From contig JAFTOF010000005.1 in assembly GCA_017451505.1 (NCBI GenBank), positions 19,567-83,566 of the forward strand: a DNA stretch of 64,000 nucleotides, read 5' to 3'. The DNA comes from Clostridia bacterium. GTDB taxonomy: Bacteria > Bacillota > Clostridia > UMGS1883. Both the position numbers and the translations under genes were made by a program. The notes under the pieces were generated by a model. It worked only from the letters and a program-made list of their open reading frames with translations. It was not told where the DNA came from and ran no database searches. Numbering within the stretch: the stretch's first letter is position 1; every line of letters begins with the position of its first letter. Below are positions 27,079 through 38,616 of this stretch, one piece after another.

Positions 27079-28917
27079 ATGAACGATGTTATAAGAGAAA
27101 AACTTGATAAATTGCCTAAAAAGCCGGGCGTCTATATGATGAAGGACGGTGCAGGAAGAATTATCTATGTGGGAAAGGCAAAAATTCTTCGTAACCGTGT
27201 CCGCCAATATTTCCAAAGTGGGGCAAATCATAGCCCCAAAACGCAGGTGATGGTATCGAAAATACACGACCTTGATTATATCATCTGTGACAGCGAAATG
27301 GAGGCACTTGTTCTTGAATCAAATCTTATCAAAGAGAACAAGCCACGATACAATATTCTTCTTAAGGATGATAAGCACTACCCCTACATCAAAATAACAA
27401 TGAACGAGGAATACCCCCGAATGCTTTTTGTCCGCAGAATTGAAAATGACGGTGCTAAATATTTCGGACCTTATCCAAGCGGGTATTCCATCAAGGAAAC
27501 AATGGAGCTTTTGAAAAATATTTTTCTTTTACCCCATTGCAGAAAGCAGTTTCCGCGTGATTTAAAAAAGGAACGCCCGTGTCTTTACTACTCAATGGGA
27601 CGATGCTCGGGCATCTGTCAGGGAAATATCTCATCATCGGAATATAAAAAAATATTTAAGAGCATCATAGGCTTTCTTGAGGGTAAGGATGAGGAAGTAG
27701 CTAATGCATTGGAAGAAGAAATGCAGGAGGCTTCCCGAAACCTTGAATTTGAGCGTGCAGCCCTTCTTCGTGACCGAGCCGCATCGGTAAGAAAACTTGG
27801 AGAGAGGCAAAAGGTTATCACCGACAGCGTTGGTGATATAGATGTAATCGCAGTTGCATCAGAGGATTCGCTTTCCTCGGCAGAGGTGTTTTATATTCGT
27901 GGAGGAAGGCTTATCGGGCGTGACAGCTTTGATTTATCAGGCTCGGTAAATCAGGAGCCGCGTCAGCTTCTGACGGAATTTGTGCCGCATTTTTACAGCC
28001 GTGACAATTACATTCCCGAAACAATACTCCTTTCTCATTATATTGATGATTTGGAGGCGGTGGAGGCATACCTTACAGAGAAGCGAGGTAAGCGTACGCA
28101 TATAAAAGTTCCTGTCCGTGGTGGTAATAAAAAGACGGTGGATATGGCATATAATAATGCACTTAAGAATATTGAGAATTATAAGACTGTGCAGGTAAAG
28201 GAAAAGCTTCGTCAGCAATCGGTTACTTCATTATCCGAGCTTTTAGGGCTTGAAGTGATTCCCGACCGTATTGAATCCTATGATATTTCTCATATATCTG
28301 GAAGTGACAGCGTTGCGTCAATGATTGTCTTTGAAAACGGAAAAAGTGCAAGGAAAGAGTACCGCCGTTTTAAAATAAAGACCGTAGAGGGTGCAAACGA
28401 TACCGCATCACTCCGTGAAGTGCTTTTCCGCCGCTTTACGCATGAAGAGCGTAAGGGGGACGGGAAATTCAGTAAGCTCCCCGATTTGATACTGCTTGAC
28501 GGAGGAGTGGGGCAGCTTAACGCAATTAAAGCTCTTTTTGCACAATTGGGAATTGACATCCCCGTTTTCGGCATGGTTAAGGACGATAATCATCGTACCC
28601 GTTCACTTTTAGGGGAAGAGGGGGAGGTATATCTTAACCCCGTCAGCTCTGTTTTTAACCTTGTGGCGAATATTCAGGAGGAGGTTCACCGCTTCGCAAT
28701 CGAGTATCATAGAAGCCTTCACCGAAAAAACACCATAGAAAGCGAGCTTGAAAAGATTGTGGGGATTGGAAAGCAAAAAAGAATAGCACTGCTTTCCCAT
28801 TTTAAAAGCATAGGCAAAATAAAAACCGCCTCAATAAATGATTTGGCGGCGGTAAAGGGCATCAGCCTTAAAAATGCAGAGGATATAAAAACATATTTTA
28901 GAACAAAAGGAGAGTAA
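27079..28917 (+). CDS. uvrC: Excinuclease ABC subunit C
   Basis: LPKKPGVY, YVGKAK GIY-YIG domain, RIESYDISH, LPDLILLDGG, HRFAI, HhH. Confidence 0.97.
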   Translation: MNDVIREKLDKLPKKPGVYMMKDGAGRIIYVGKAKILRNRVRQYFQSGANHSPKTQVMVSKIHDLDYIICDSEMEALVLESNLIKENKPRYNILLKDDKHYPYIKITMNEEYPRMLFVRRIENDGAKYFGPYPSGYSIKETMELLKNIFLLPHCRKQFPRDLKKERPCLYYSMGRCSGICQGNISSSEYKKIFKSIIGFLEGKDEEVANALEEEMQEASRNLEFERAALLRDRAASVRKLGERQKVITDSVGDIDVIAVASEDSLSSAEVFYIRGGRLIGRDSFDLSGSVNQEPRQLLTEFVPHFYSRDNYIPETILLSHYIDDLEAVEAYLTEKRGKRTHIKVPVRGGNKKTVDMAYNNALKNIENYKTVQVKEKLRQQSVTSLSELLGLEVIPDRIESYDISHISGSDSVASMIVFENGKSARKEYRRFKIKTVEGANDTASLREVLFRRFTHEERKGDGKFSKLPDLILLDGGVGQLNAIKALFAQLGIDIPVFGMVKDDNHRTRSLLGEEGEVYLNPVSSVFNLVANIQEEVHRFAIEYHRSLHRKNTIESELEKIVGIGKQKRIALLSHFKSIGKIKTASINDLAAVKGISLKNAEDIKTYFRTKGE

Positions 28918-28947
28918 AAAAGCTCAGCTTTTTTACTCTCCTTTTTT
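28905..28947. terminator. Bidirectional terminator between uvrC and murC
   Basis: aaaaggagagtaaaaa/tttttactctcctttt stem. Confidence 0.8.
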
Positions 28948-28956
28948 CAAACCTAT

Positions 28957-30339
28957 TTATTCATTGTGAGAAAGGAGTATATCTCCGACCTTATAAACAT
29001 CGCCTGCACCCATTGTAATTACAATGTCGCCACGCTTTGCATGTGCTTTAATAAATTCTGCAGATTCCTGAAAGGTCTTTTTGTATACGGCATTGGGAAT
29101 GGCATTTGCAAGCTGCTGGGCACTGACAAGCCCTGTGTCAGCTTCACGTGCCGCATAGATATCCGTTATTATAATATTTGCTCCGCTTTCGGAAAGGACC
29201 TTTACAAAATCATCAAAGAAATTATAAGTTCTCGTATATGTGTGGGGCTGGAAAAGACACCATACATTGTTATATTTCATGTCCCGTGCGGCACTTAATG
29301 TAGCAGCTATTTCCGTGGGATGATGAGCATAATCATCAACAACCATGATTCCGCCCATAATGCCCCTTGTTTCAAAACGGCGGTGCGTACCTCCGAAACG
29401 GTAAAGACAGTCGCATATATTATCGGTATCAAGCCCTAAATAGTCTGCCGTTGCAAATGCTGCCAGTGCGTCATAAACGTTGTGTACACCGGGAACACAA
29501 AGACGGATTTTTCCGACGGGATTTCCCTTTTTGCAAACGGTAAAAGTATAATGGTTATATCCGTTATGCGTCATATTGTCAATAGTATAATCAAAATCGC
29601 CGTGTATTCCGAAAGTGATTATCTTGCGGTCGATACCTGACACAGCTTTGAGAACATTTTTATCCTCGCCGTTAATTATAAGTGCACCGTCATCAGGCGT
29701 AAGAAGTGCAAGTGCTCTGAATGTATCTATAATATGATCCAAATCACGGAAATAATCAAGGTGATCTGCCTCAATATTTGTGATAACCGATATTTTGGGG
29801 AAGAATCTCAGGAAGCTTTGATGATACTCACAGGCTTCTGCAATAAAGAATTCCTTTCCGCCTATATGTGCATTACCGCGGATAATATCCAATTCTCCGC
29901 CTACGGTGACTGTAGGATTCTTACCGCATTCCATGAAAATATGGGTAAGCATTCCCGAAGTGGTTGTCTTTCCGTGAGTTCCGCTGATGCAAATAGGGCA
30001 GTCATACTCTTTCATAATAATGCCAAGCATTTGTGCACGGTCTATTTGTGTGATTTCCAATTCCTTCGCACGAACACGCTCAGGATTATTTTCAGCGATA
30101 GCGGCACTGTATACAACCAGGTCGCAACCACGGATATTGTCTGCATCGTGTCCTATATACACAGTAATTCCCATTGAAACCAATTTTTCGGTGAGGGCAG
30201 AGGAGGACCTGTCAGAACCCGAAACAATGCATCCCTCGTTAAGGAGCATTTGGGCAATACCCGACATACTTACTCCGCCGATGCCTATTAAATGAACGTG
30301 CATACCCTTTTTAATGGTAATATTGCTCAAAAAAATCAC
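28957..30339 (-). CDS. murC: UDP-N-acetylmuramate--L-alanine ligase (exact start uncertain)
   Basis: HLIGIGGVSMSG, SGTHGKTTT, EACEY, DDYAHHPTE, FQPHTYTRT, MGAGD. Confidence 0.96.
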   Translation of the reverse strand: MIFLSNITIKKGMHVHLIGIGGVSMSGIAQMLLNEGCIVSGSDRSSSALTEKLVSMGITVYIGHDADNIRGCDLVVYSAAIAENNPERVRAKELEITQIDRAQMLGIIMKEYDCPICISGTHGKTTTSGMLTHIFMECGKNPTVTVGGELDIIRGNAHIGGKEFFIAEACEYHQSFLRFFPKISVITNIEADHLDYFRDLDHIIDTFRALALLTPDDGALIINGEDKNVLKAVSGIDRKIITFGIHGDFDYTIDNMTHNGYNHYTFTVCKKGNPVGKIRLCVPGVHNVYDALAAFATADYLGLDTDNICDCLYRFGGTHRRFETRGIMGGIMVVDDYAHHPTEIAATLSAARDMKYNNVWCLFQPHTYTRTYNFFDDFVKVLSESGANIIITDIYAAREADTGLVSAQQLANAIPNAVYKKTFQESAEFIKAHAKRGDIVITMGAGDVYKVGDILLSHNE

Positions 30340-30487
30340 TCGCCTTTATATAAAAGTAGTAAATTCATAAAAAAATTAATTTTTTTGTTGAAATAACATT
30401 CATTATTTGATATTATACATATTAGGGAAAAAAATCAATAGAAAAATGAAAAAAATTTGAAAAAATTCATTTTCGGAGGGAAAAAGT

Positions 30488-30769
30488 ATGCAAATCACAG
30501 ACATTAAGGTGAGAAAAGTTTCACAGGAAGGAAAAATGAAGGCTGTTGTCTCTGTTACCTTCGATGATGTCTTTGTAGTGCATGACATCAAGGTAATCGA
30601 AGGAAAAGAAAAGCTTTTTGCGGCAATGCCCAGCAGAAAGTCAGCTGACGGCACATACAGAGATATCGTACATCCGATTACTTCGGAAATGCGTGAACAG
30701 CTTCAGAATGCTATTCTTGCAAAGTATGAGGAATTTCTCGCCACAGAAGCAGAAGAGACAGCTGAGTAA
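30488..30769 (+). CDS. spoVG: Septation regulator SpoVG
   Basis: [35 protein letters not shown]. Confidence 0.97.
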   Translation: MQITDIKVRKVSQEGKMKAVVSVTFDDVFVVHDIKVIEGKEKLFAAMPSRKSADGTYRDIVHPITSEMREQLQNAILAKYEEFLATEAEETAE

Positions 30770-30871
30770 TTCAAAATGACCGGGCAAGCTTGTTTGCTTG
30801 CCTTTTTGACTTTAACGGAGATTTGAACCCTGTGGGGGAGATTCTTCTTTGACATAGAAGGGATGATATTA

Positions 30872-32236
30872 ATGGCAGAATTTTCAGCGCTTATTCTCGC
30901 AGCGGGCGAAGGTAAACGTATGAAGAGTATGAAGTCGAAAGTTGTTCATAAGGTATGCGGAAAGGAAATGGTAAACCGCGTTCTTGACAGTGCCCTTTCA
31001 GCGGGTGCGGTGCAGGCACAGGTTGTAATCGGTCATTGTGCCGACATGGTGAAAGACGCCGTGGGTGAGCGTGCCAGCTTTGTGTACCAGCATGAGCAGA
31101 AGGGAACAGGTCATGCTGTAATGCAGGCACGAGCGTTTTTGGAAGAAAGCGAGCATGTCTGTGTGCTTACAGGTGATACTCCTCTCATTTCAGAGCAAAC
31201 GCTTCGTGAAGCAATGCGTGTGCATACGGAGAATAATAATGATGTGACAGTGCTTACCGCTGATTTTTCAAATCCATACGGATATGGAAGAATTATCAGA
31301 AAAGAGGACGGCACGGTACTGAAAATCGTTGAACATAAGGATGCAAGCGAAGAAGAACTCAAGGTTACTGAAATCAATTCGGGAATGTATTTCTTCAAGG
31401 CAAAGAGCCTTTTAAATGCTCTTGACTCGATTACTGATAATAACGCACAGGGAGAGTATTATCTTACCGATGCACTGGAAATTATCTGCCGTGACGGAGG
31501 AAAGGCAGGTGCATACATTGTCAGCGATTGCGATGAAATAATGGGAATCAATGACCGTGTGCAGCTTTCTGTGGGTGAGAAAATCATGCGCAGAAAAATC
31601 AACGAAAAGTATATGCTCTCCGGCGTAACAATTATTGATCCCGACAATACATATATATGTGACGAAGCAGTTATTGGTACGGATACGGTTATTTATCCCG
31701 GCACGGTAATAGAGGGAAAGTGTGTCATCGGTAAAAACGTGTATATAGGCCCTAACTGCAAGCTGACGAATGCCGCTATCGGCGATGAAACCGACATCAA
31801 TATTTCCACCATAACAGACAGCACGATAGGCTGCCGTACCCACGTGGGTCCCTACGCGTATGTGCGTCCGGGCTGCAATGTTGGTGATGAGTGTAAGGTC
31901 GGCGACTTTGTTGAACTTAAAAAGGCAATTATAGGAAACGGAACGAAGCTTTCGCATCTTACCTATGTGGGTGACGCGGAGGTAGGAAGTAAGGTTAACT
32001 TTGGTTGCGGTACGGTAGTTGTCAATTACGACGGTAAAAACAAGTATAAAACAATTATCAAGGATAACGCCTTTATAGGCTGCAATTCCAATCTTGTTTC
32101 ACCCGTTACGGTGAACGAAGGTGCTTATATTGCGGCAGGCTCAACCATAACCGACGAAGTTCCCAAGGATGCTCTTGCTATCGCGCGTGCACGCCAGGTC
32201 GTTAAAGAGAACTGGAACGACAGACGAAAGAAATAA
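30872..32236 (+). CDS. glmU: Bifunctional GlmU
   Basis: [29 protein letters not shown], hexapeptide repeats, [12 protein letters not shown]. Confidence 0.97.
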   Translation: MAEFSALILAAGEGKRMKSMKSKVVHKVCGKEMVNRVLDSALSAGAVQAQVVIGHCADMVKDAVGERASFVYQHEQKGTGHAVMQARAFLEESEHVCVLTGDTPLISEQTLREAMRVHTENNNDVTVLTADFSNPYGYGRIIRKEDGTVLKIVEHKDASEEELKVTEINSGMYFFKAKSLLNALDSITDNNAQGEYYLTDALEIICRDGGKAGAYIVSDCDEIMGINDRVQLSVGEKIMRRKINEKYMLSGVTIIDPDNTYICDEAVIGTDTVIYPGTVIEGKCVIGKNVYIGPNCKLTNAAIGDETDINISTITDSTIGCRTHVGPYAYVRPGCNVGDECKVGDFVELKKAIIGNGTKLSHLTYVGDAEVGSKVNFGCGTVVVNYDGKNKYKTIIKDNAFIGCNSNLVSPVTVNEGAYIAAGSTITDEVPKDALAIARARQVVKENWNDRRKK

Positions 32237-32268
32237 TTTTTAATATATACATACGGAGGAATGTCAAA

Positions 32269-33225
32269 ATGATATCACACGGAAAAAACATCAAGATTTT
32301 TGCGGCAAATTCAAATCCCAAGCTTGCCGAGGAAATCGCAGGAAAGCTCAATCTTACTTTGGGTGAGTCCAAGGTTGGTCTTTTCTCTGACGGAGAAATC
32401 TTTGTAAACATCGGCGAAACAGTCCGCGGAAGCGACGTTTTCGTAGTTCAGTCTACAAGTGCTCCTGTAAACGACAATCTTATGGAAATGCTTATTATGA
32501 TTGATGCGTTTAAGAGAGCATCTGCAGGAAGAATTACTGCCGTAATGCCCTATTTCGGATATGCCCGTCAGGATAGAAAGGCAAAGGCAAGAGATCCGAT
32601 CAGTGCAAAGCTTGTTGCAGACCTTATTGCAGAAGCAGGTGCGGACAGAGTTCTTACAATGGACCTTCACGCAGCACAGATTCAGGGCTTTTTCAATATC
32701 CCTGTTGACCATCTCTTGGGTGTGCCGATTTTAGCTCCGTATTTCATGGAAAAGTTCAAGGATGATATGGATGATATAGTAGTAGTATCTCCCGACTTTG
32801 GTAGCGTTACTCGTGCAAGAAACTTTGCACAGAAGCTTAATGCTCCTATTGCAATTATTGACAAACGTCGTCCTAAGCCCAACGTTAGTGAGGTTATGAA
32901 TATTATCGGTGAAGTTAAGGGCAAAAAGGTTATCTTGGTTGATGATATGATTGATACAGCAGGAACAATCGTTCATGCTGCACAGGCTCTTGTAGACAAG
33001 GGTGCTACAGAGGTATATGCTTGCTGTACACATCCTGTTCTCAGTGGCCCTGCTATCGAAAGACTCGAAGCAAGTCCCATTCAGGAACTTGTTTGTCTTA
33101 ACACAATAGAGCTTCCTCCCGAAAAGATTATGAAGAAGACAAAGATACTCAGCGTAGCTCCTATTTTTGCAGAAGCTATTGAGCGTATCTACGAAGACGT
33201 TTCAGTAAGTCCTCTCTTTACATAA
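32269..33225 (+). CDS. prs: Ribose-phosphate pyrophosphokinase
   Basis: [33 protein letters not shown]. Confidence 0.97.
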   Translation: MISHGKNIKIFAANSNPKLAEEIAGKLNLTLGESKVGLFSDGEIFVNIGETVRGSDVFVVQSTSAPVNDNLMEMLIMIDAFKRASAGRITAVMPYFGYARQDRKAKARDPISAKLVADLIAEAGADRVLTMDLHAAQIQGFFNIPVDHLLGVPILAPYFMEKFKDDMDDIVVVSPDFGSVTRARNFAQKLNAPIAIIDKRRPKPNVSEVMNIIGEVKGKKVILVDDMIDTAGTIVHAAQALVDKGATEVYACCTHPVLSGPAIERLEASPIQELVCLNTIELPPEKIMKKTKILSVAPIFAEAIERIYEDVSVSPLFT

Positions 33226-33315
33226 TCATTGTAAAAAAGAAGATAATAAAAGTACTTACAATGCCGCCCCGAAATCTCGTGGCGGCATTGTGGAATGCAA
33301 AAAAGGAGTATAGCC

Positions 33316-33879
33316 ATGCATCTGATAGTAGGTTTGGGAAATCCCGGTCGTGAATATGAAAAGACAAGGCATAATGTAGGATTTATTGCTATGGACTACC
33401 TTGCAGAGCAAATCGGAGTTAAGATGACAAAGATTAAGTTTAAAGGTGTCTATGGCGAGGGCTTTATAGGTACGGAAAAATGTGTGCTTTTAAAACCTCA
33501 AACCTTTATGAATTTAAGCGGGCAGAGTGTTTTGGAGGCAGCTCAATTCTATAAAATTCCTACGGAGAATATAATAGTTGTGTATGATGATGTTGCCCTT
33601 GAAGTGGGAAAGGTCAGAATCCGCCCATCGGGAAGTGCGGGCGGTCACAACGGAATGAAGAATATTATATATCTTTTAGGCAGTGACGAATTTCCCCGTG
33701 TACGCTTCGGAGTAGGTGCGCCCAAGCACGACCTTGCAGACCATGTTTTAGGACATTTTAACGAAGAAGACGGCATAGCCGTAACGCGTGCAATTAAAAA
33801 AATAGAGGACATTCTCTCCGTAATTATGAAACAGGGTATTTCGGAGGCTATGAGTAATTTTAACAACAAGGTGTTGTGA
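33316..33879 (+). CDS. pth: Peptidyl-tRNA hydrolase
   Basis: LIVGLGNPG, TRHNVGF, KPQTFMNLSG, GSAGGHNG. Confidence 0.97.
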   Translation: MHLIVGLGNPGREYEKTRHNVGFIAMDYLAEQIGVKMTKIKFKGVYGEGFIGTEKCVLLKPQTFMNLSGQSVLEAAQFYKIPTENIIVVYDDVALEVGKVRIRPSGSAGGHNGMKNIIYLLGSDEFPRVRFGVGAPKHDLADHVLGHFNEEDGIAVTRAIKKIEDILSVIMKQGISEAMSNFNNKVL

Positions 33880-33882
33880 TAT

Positions 33883-36800
33883 ATGAATGTACTGAGCAGT
33901 TTGCTTGATAATTCAAAGCAGTTTCAAAAGATTATCCACGAAGCTCAAAAAGGCAGCTTTCCTTTAATGATTAGCGGAAGTGCTGACGCCCAGAAAGCAC
34001 ATCTTATAAACTCTATATGTGAAAAGCTGGGAAAAAAAGCGTTTGTCGTTACGCATAATGAAATTCAGGCAAGAAGAATTTGTGACGACCTGCGTTTCTT
34101 TAGTGAAAATGAATGTGTTCACATACCGCCCAAGGAAATTTTACTGTATAAGGTTGAAGCATCAAACCACGAGGCGGAAAACAAACGTGCAGCAGCACTT
34201 GGTGCACTGGCAGGGGGAGCAAATGCCGTTTTGTCGGTAGAATCGCTTCTCCATTTTGTCGTGCCTAAAAAGGATTTTGACTCCCTTTGTATGACTTTTT
34301 CCTACGGCGGAGTAACCGATTCGGGAAATATTGCATCAAAGCTTTCCGAAATGGGGTATAGCAGAGTAGATGTTGTCAACCTACCGGGGCAGTTTGCAAT
34401 TCGAGGGGGTATTGTGGACATATATTCCCCCGATGCACTTCTTCCTGTCAGAATGGAGCTTTTTGGCGATGATATTGATTCTTTAAGAAGCTTTGATTGT
34501 GAAACGCAAATGAGCATCGAAAAAATCAATGAGGCAAAAATACTCCCCGTGAAAGTACAAAATGCAAGGGAAAGTATGCTCTCATACTTAGATGACAGCT
34601 ATATTATTTTTACGGATGAGCCTGCCAGAATGAGCGAAAGTGCAAAAGCCGTGGAATGGGAGCTTTCCGAAAATATAAAAACTCATGCGGAAAACGAAAA
34701 GGCAGTAGCACTTTATGACTGCATCAGCCGTTACAGCGATGTTGCTATGCGTATAGGCAGCAGTGCAAGTATTGCTCTTTCCTCCATAGGAAGGTCTTGT
34801 CCCGATTGGGATATTAAAACAGAATGTGAAATTACAAGTAAAGGCATGAGCAGCTACAGCGGAAATATTGATTTCCTTATTTCCGACGTACAGCGTTGGC
34901 ATCAAGAGGGTGTGAAAACCGTTATCCTTGCAGGAAGCACCTCCAGAGCAAAAAAAATCACCGAAATGCTTAACGAAAGGGATGTCCGTGCATCATATGA
35001 GGAATGTCCGAAGGCTCTTTCAGATAAGTACGTAACGGTTATGCCGGGCAGTATTACCAAGGGCTTTGAATATCCTTTAGACGGCTATGCAATAGTAAGT
35101 GATAAAGAAATCTTTGCCGCAGAAAAGAAAAAAAGAAGAACTCCAAAAAGTGAAGATACTATGAAAATCCGCAGTGCCGACCAGCTTGATTTGGGCGACT
35201 ACGTTGTTCACCGTGCACACGGTATTGGAAAATATTTAGGGATAGTCCGTATGAAAGTAAGCGGTGTTACAAAAGACTATATCAAAATTGAATACCGCGG
35301 AGAGGATTTTCTCTATCTTCCCGTAGGTCAGCTTGATGCAGTCAGCAAATACACAGGCGGAGAAAATAAAATGGTGCGTCTTAACCGTCTTGGGTCAAAC
35401 GAATGGGCTAACGCAAAACGCAAGGTCCGTCAGAGCGTGGAGGAAATGGCACAGAAGCTTGTGGCACTTTACGCAGAAAGAGCACAGCTTCAGGGCGTTG
35501 CTTTTTCCAAGGATACTCCGTGGCAACATGATTTTGAGAGCATGTTTCCCTATGAGGAAACTGAAGACCAGTTAAGAAGCACCGCGGAAATAAAAAAGGA
35601 TATGGAAAGCACACGCCCCATGGACAGACTTTTGTGCGGAGATGTGGGCTACGGCAAAACAGAGGTTGCCATGCGTGGTGCATTCAAGGCAGTTATGGAC
35701 GGTTATCAGGTAGCATACCTTGTACCCACAACCATTCTTGCCTCACAGCATTATCATAATTTTGTGGAAAGAATGAAGGAATTTCCCATAACGGTAAGGA
35801 TGCTTTCCAGATTTTCAACTCCTGCCCAGACCAAGAAAACACTTAAAATGCTTCAGTCGGGCGAGTGCGATATAGTAGTGGGAACGCATAAGCTTTTATC
35901 TAAAAATGTAGTATTCAAAAAGTTAGGATTTTTAATTGTAGACGAGGAACAGCGTTTCGGCGTTACTCATAAAGAAAAAATCAAGGAAATGAAAAAGAAC
36001 GTAGACGTTCTTACGCTGAGTGCAACTCCCATTCCCAGAACGCTTCATATGGCAATGATAGGTATAAGGGATATGAGTGTGCTTTCAGCACCTCCCAATG
36101 ACCGCCATCCCGTGCAGACCTATGTGCTGGAATATAATGAAGCAGTGGTTAAAAATGCCATTGAAAGGGAATTGGCAAGAGGCGGTCAGGTTTATTATCT
36201 GCATAATCGTGTGGAAAGCATTTACGGCGTGGCAGAGCGTATAAGAAGGCTTGTACCCGATGCAAGGGTAGCTGTCGCTCACGGCAAGATGAATGAGAGT
36301 GAGCTTGATGATGTTATGATGCAGGTCGAGGAGCATGAGGTAGATGTACTTGTCTGCACCACAATTATTGAAACAGGACTTGACATTGCGAATGTAAATA
36401 CCATTATTATTGAAAATGCCGACACTCTGGGGCTTAGTCAGCTTTATCAGCTCCGAGGCAGAGTGGGAAGAACAAACCGCCTTGCATACGCATATCTGAC
36501 CTACAGGAAAAACAAAATTCTTGACGAGGTGGCGGAAAAAAGGCTTCGTGCTATCCGTGAATTTACGGAATTCGGTTCAGGCTTCCGTATTGCCATGCGT
36601 GACCTTGAAATAAGGGGTGCAGGCAACGTCCTTGGACCCGAACAGCACGGATTTATGGCAAGTGTGGGTTATGATATGTATTGTGCAATCCTTGAGGAAG
36701 CCGTAAACGAGGCAATGGGCAAACCCAAAGCCCCTGAAAAGGTTGAAACGGTAATTGACCTCGAAGTAAATGCCTTTATCCCCGACAGCTACATTCCGAC

Positions 36801-37194
36801 GTCAAATCTCAGAATAGAGGCGTATAAGCAGATTGCGGGAATCGCGGATATAAATGACCGATACGCCGTTGAGGGGAGCTTTGAAGACCGCTACGGAGAA
36901 ATTCCCAATGAAACCTATAGCCTTCTTGAAATACAGATGCTCCGTGTTTCGGCAGAAAAGATAGGTATTAAGGAAATTTCCCATGCGGAGGCAGGTATTA
37001 TTTTTAAGCTTCATGCACTCAGCCGTGAACTGGTGGATAAGATTTCAATCCTTGCCTCAAAAAACCGCGGTAAGATACTTTTCGGAGCAGGGGATAATCC
37101 ATATATTCTGCTTCGTGAAAAAGGTCTTAAAGGTGATAAACTCATCGAAAGTGTAAATAATGTATTAAAGTGCTTGCAAAACGATGAAGTGTAG
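33883..37194 (+). CDS. mfd: Transcription-repair coupling factor
   Basis: GDYVVHRAHGIG, DRLLCGDVGYGKTEVA, DEEQRFGV, SATPIPRTL, QLRGRVGR, DLEIRGAGN. Confidence 0.97.
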   Translation: MNVLSSLLDNSKQFQKIIHEAQKGSFPLMISGSADAQKAHLINSICEKLGKKAFVVTHNEIQARRICDDLRFFSENECVHIPPKEILLYKVEASNHEAENKRAAALGALAGGANAVLSVESLLHFVVPKKDFDSLCMTFSYGGVTDSGNIASKLSEMGYSRVDVVNLPGQFAIRGGIVDIYSPDALLPVRMELFGDDIDSLRSFDCETQMSIEKINEAKILPVKVQNARESMLSYLDDSYIIFTDEPARMSESAKAVEWELSENIKTHAENEKAVALYDCISRYSDVAMRIGSSASIALSSIGRSCPDWDIKTECEITSKGMSSYSGNIDFLISDVQRWHQEGVKTVILAGSTSRAKKITEMLNERDVRASYEECPKALSDKYVTVMPGSITKGFEYPLDGYAIVSDKEIFAAEKKKRRTPKSEDTMKIRSADQLDLGDYVVHRAHGIGKYLGIVRMKVSGVTKDYIKIEYRGEDFLYLPVGQLDAVSKYTGGENKMVRLNRLGSNEWANAKRKVRQSVEEMAQKLVALYAERAQLQGVAFSKDTPWQHDFESMFPYEETEDQLRSTAEIKKDMESTRPMDRLLCGDVGYGKTEVAMRGAFKAVMDGYQVAYLVPTTILASQHYHNFVERMKEFPITVRMLSRFSTPAQTKKTLKMLQSGECDIVVGTHKLLSKNVVFKKLGFLIVDEEQRFGVTHKEKIKEMKKNVDVLTLSATPIPRTLHMAMIGIRDMSVLSAPPNDRHPVQTYVLEYNEAVVKNAIERELARGGQVYYLHNRVESIYGVAERIRRLVPDARVAVAHGKMNESELDDVMMQVEEHEVDVLVCTTIIETGLDIANVNTIIIENADTLGLSQLYQLRGRVGRTNRLAYAYLTYRKNKILDEVAEKRLRAIREFTEFGSGFRIAMRDLEIRGAGNVLGPEQHGFMASVGYDMYCAILEEAVNEAMGKPKAPEKVETVIDLEVNAFIPDSYIPTSNLRIEAYKQIAGIADINDRYAVEGSFEDRYGEIPNETYSLLEIQMLRVSAEKIGIKEISHAEAGIIFKLHALSRELVDKISILASKNRGKILFGAGDNPYILLREKGLKGDKLIESVNNVLKCLQNDEV

Positions 37195-37233
37195 TATATA
37201 ATTAAACGTAGCCATTGAACAGGAGGAATGAAA

Positions 37234-38385
37234 ATGAAAAGATTTTTTGCACTTTGTGTTGCATTGATTATTGTGTTATCTTTATTTAGTGCTTGCGGAG
37301 GCGATGCTCCCACAGGTGACACAAAGCTTGATAAAGAGATTGTGGGAACTGTAAACGGTGTGGAAATTACACAGGCAGATTACAATCTGGTTTACAGAAC
37401 GATGTATGATAATGTTTCTCAGTATGAGCAGTATTACGGAGCAGATTGGTTTGTTCAGTCATATGATGGTATAAACACCTTAGGTCAGATGATAAGTCAG
37501 AATACGGCTTCGCAGCTTGAAGTAATGATAGCGGCATCGGCATTGGCTAAGGAAAAGTATGGCATAGAAGAAGACAGTAAAGAAATCAAAAAAGCCGTTG
37601 ATAAAGAATACAAGGCGTTTAAAGAGAATTTCAGTACTGACAGTGAATATGAAAAGTTTTTAAGCGAAGCAAAAACTACTGACAAGGCTGTAAAAAACAG
37701 TATCAGAATGTCAGAGGTTATGGTTCGTTTGCAGGAAAAAATTACTGCAAAAGGCGAAGAAGCATATGTTGACGACGAGGAGGCCTTAGAGGGTTTTGCG
37801 GAAGAAAAGATGCGTGTTCAGCATATCCTTATTTCTACTCAGGAGCAGACAGACTCTGAAACAGGCGATGTAATTCCTGCAAGAAGCGATAAAGAAGCTC
37901 TTAAAATAGTAGACGAGGTTATTGGCAAGATTGCCAAGGGTGAGGATTTCGACTCTCTTATAGACAAGTATGATGAAGACCCCGGAATGGAAAGCGGAAA
38001 ATTCTATGTGTTCGGCACAGGCGAAATGGTTCAGGAATTTGAGGACGCATCCAAAGCTCTTAAGGTAGGAGAATATACCAAGCAGGGTGTAAAAACAGAC
38101 TATGGTTATCATATTATCAAGAAATATGATGTAAATGCCTCTCTTCCTGAGTTTACGGAATATAAAGAAAATCTTTTGAATCAGAAGCTTGGCGAGGTTT
38201 TAAATTCCAAAGCAGAAGATTTTGAAATCAACTGGAAAACAGATAAGCTTGATAAATATGTATTCAATTGGGTTAATGAAATAAGAAGTGCCAAGGGTGC
38301 TGAGCCTATCACGGAAGAAATGATGGGGTTGAACCTTCCTACAGAGGAAGAGTTAAAGAGCGAAACGAAAAAAGAAAATGAATAA
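37234..38385 (+). CDS. PrsA-like parvulin peptidyl-prolyl isomerase lipoprotein
   Basis: Lipobox FSAC; VQHILI, GEDFDSL, EDPG, MVQEFE, KTDYGYHII; usual position after mfd. Confidence 0.88.
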   Translation: MKRFFALCVALIIVLSLFSACGGDAPTGDTKLDKEIVGTVNGVEITQADYNLVYRTMYDNVSQYEQYYGADWFVQSYDGINTLGQMISQNTASQLEVMIAASALAKEKYGIEEDSKEIKKAVDKEYKAFKENFSTDSEYEKFLSEAKTTDKAVKNSIRMSEVMVRLQEKITAKGEEAYVDDEEALEGFAEEKMRVQHILISTQEQTDSETGDVIPARSDKEALKIVDEVIGKIAKGEDFDSLIDKYDEDPGMESGKFYVFGTGEMVQEFEDASKALKVGEYTKQGVKTDYGYHIIKKYDVNASLPEFTEYKENLLNQKLGEVLNSKAEDFEINWKTDKLDKYVFNWVNEIRSAKGAEPITEEMMGLNLPTEEELKSETKKENE

Positions 38386-38387
38386 CG

Positions 38388-38527
38388 ATTCTTCGGGGTT
38401 GGGTGAAATTCCCTACCGGCGGTAATGGCAGAAGCCTGAGTCCGCGAGCCTTAAAAGGTTGATGCAGTGAGATTCTGCAACCGACGGTTGAGCTATATTA
38501 TGGCTAAAGTCCGGATGAGAGAAGAAT
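38388..38527 (+). ncRNA. FMN riboswitch (RFN element)
   Basis: TCTTCGGGGTTGGGTGAAATTCCCTACCGGCGGT...AGTCCGCGA...GTGAGATTC...CCGACGGT...AGTCCGGATGAGAGAAGA. Confidence 0.96.
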
Positions 38528-38548
38528 GTATGTGTTTTTAAATACAGC

Positions 38549-38583
38549 AATGCCCCGATACGTTTATGTATCGGGGCATTTTA
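38549..38583 (+). terminator. Riboswitch expression-platform terminator
   Basis: aatgccccgatac/gtatcggggcatt plus T run, between aptamer and ribU. Confidence 0.85.
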
Positions 38584-38616
38584 TTTGTATATGTATATCG
38601 GAAGGAATGACTTTTA

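Noticed and set aside
30340-30487. Absence of purR between murC and spoVG
   Set aside because: Gene-order variation here is common in Clostridia, and no remnant is visible
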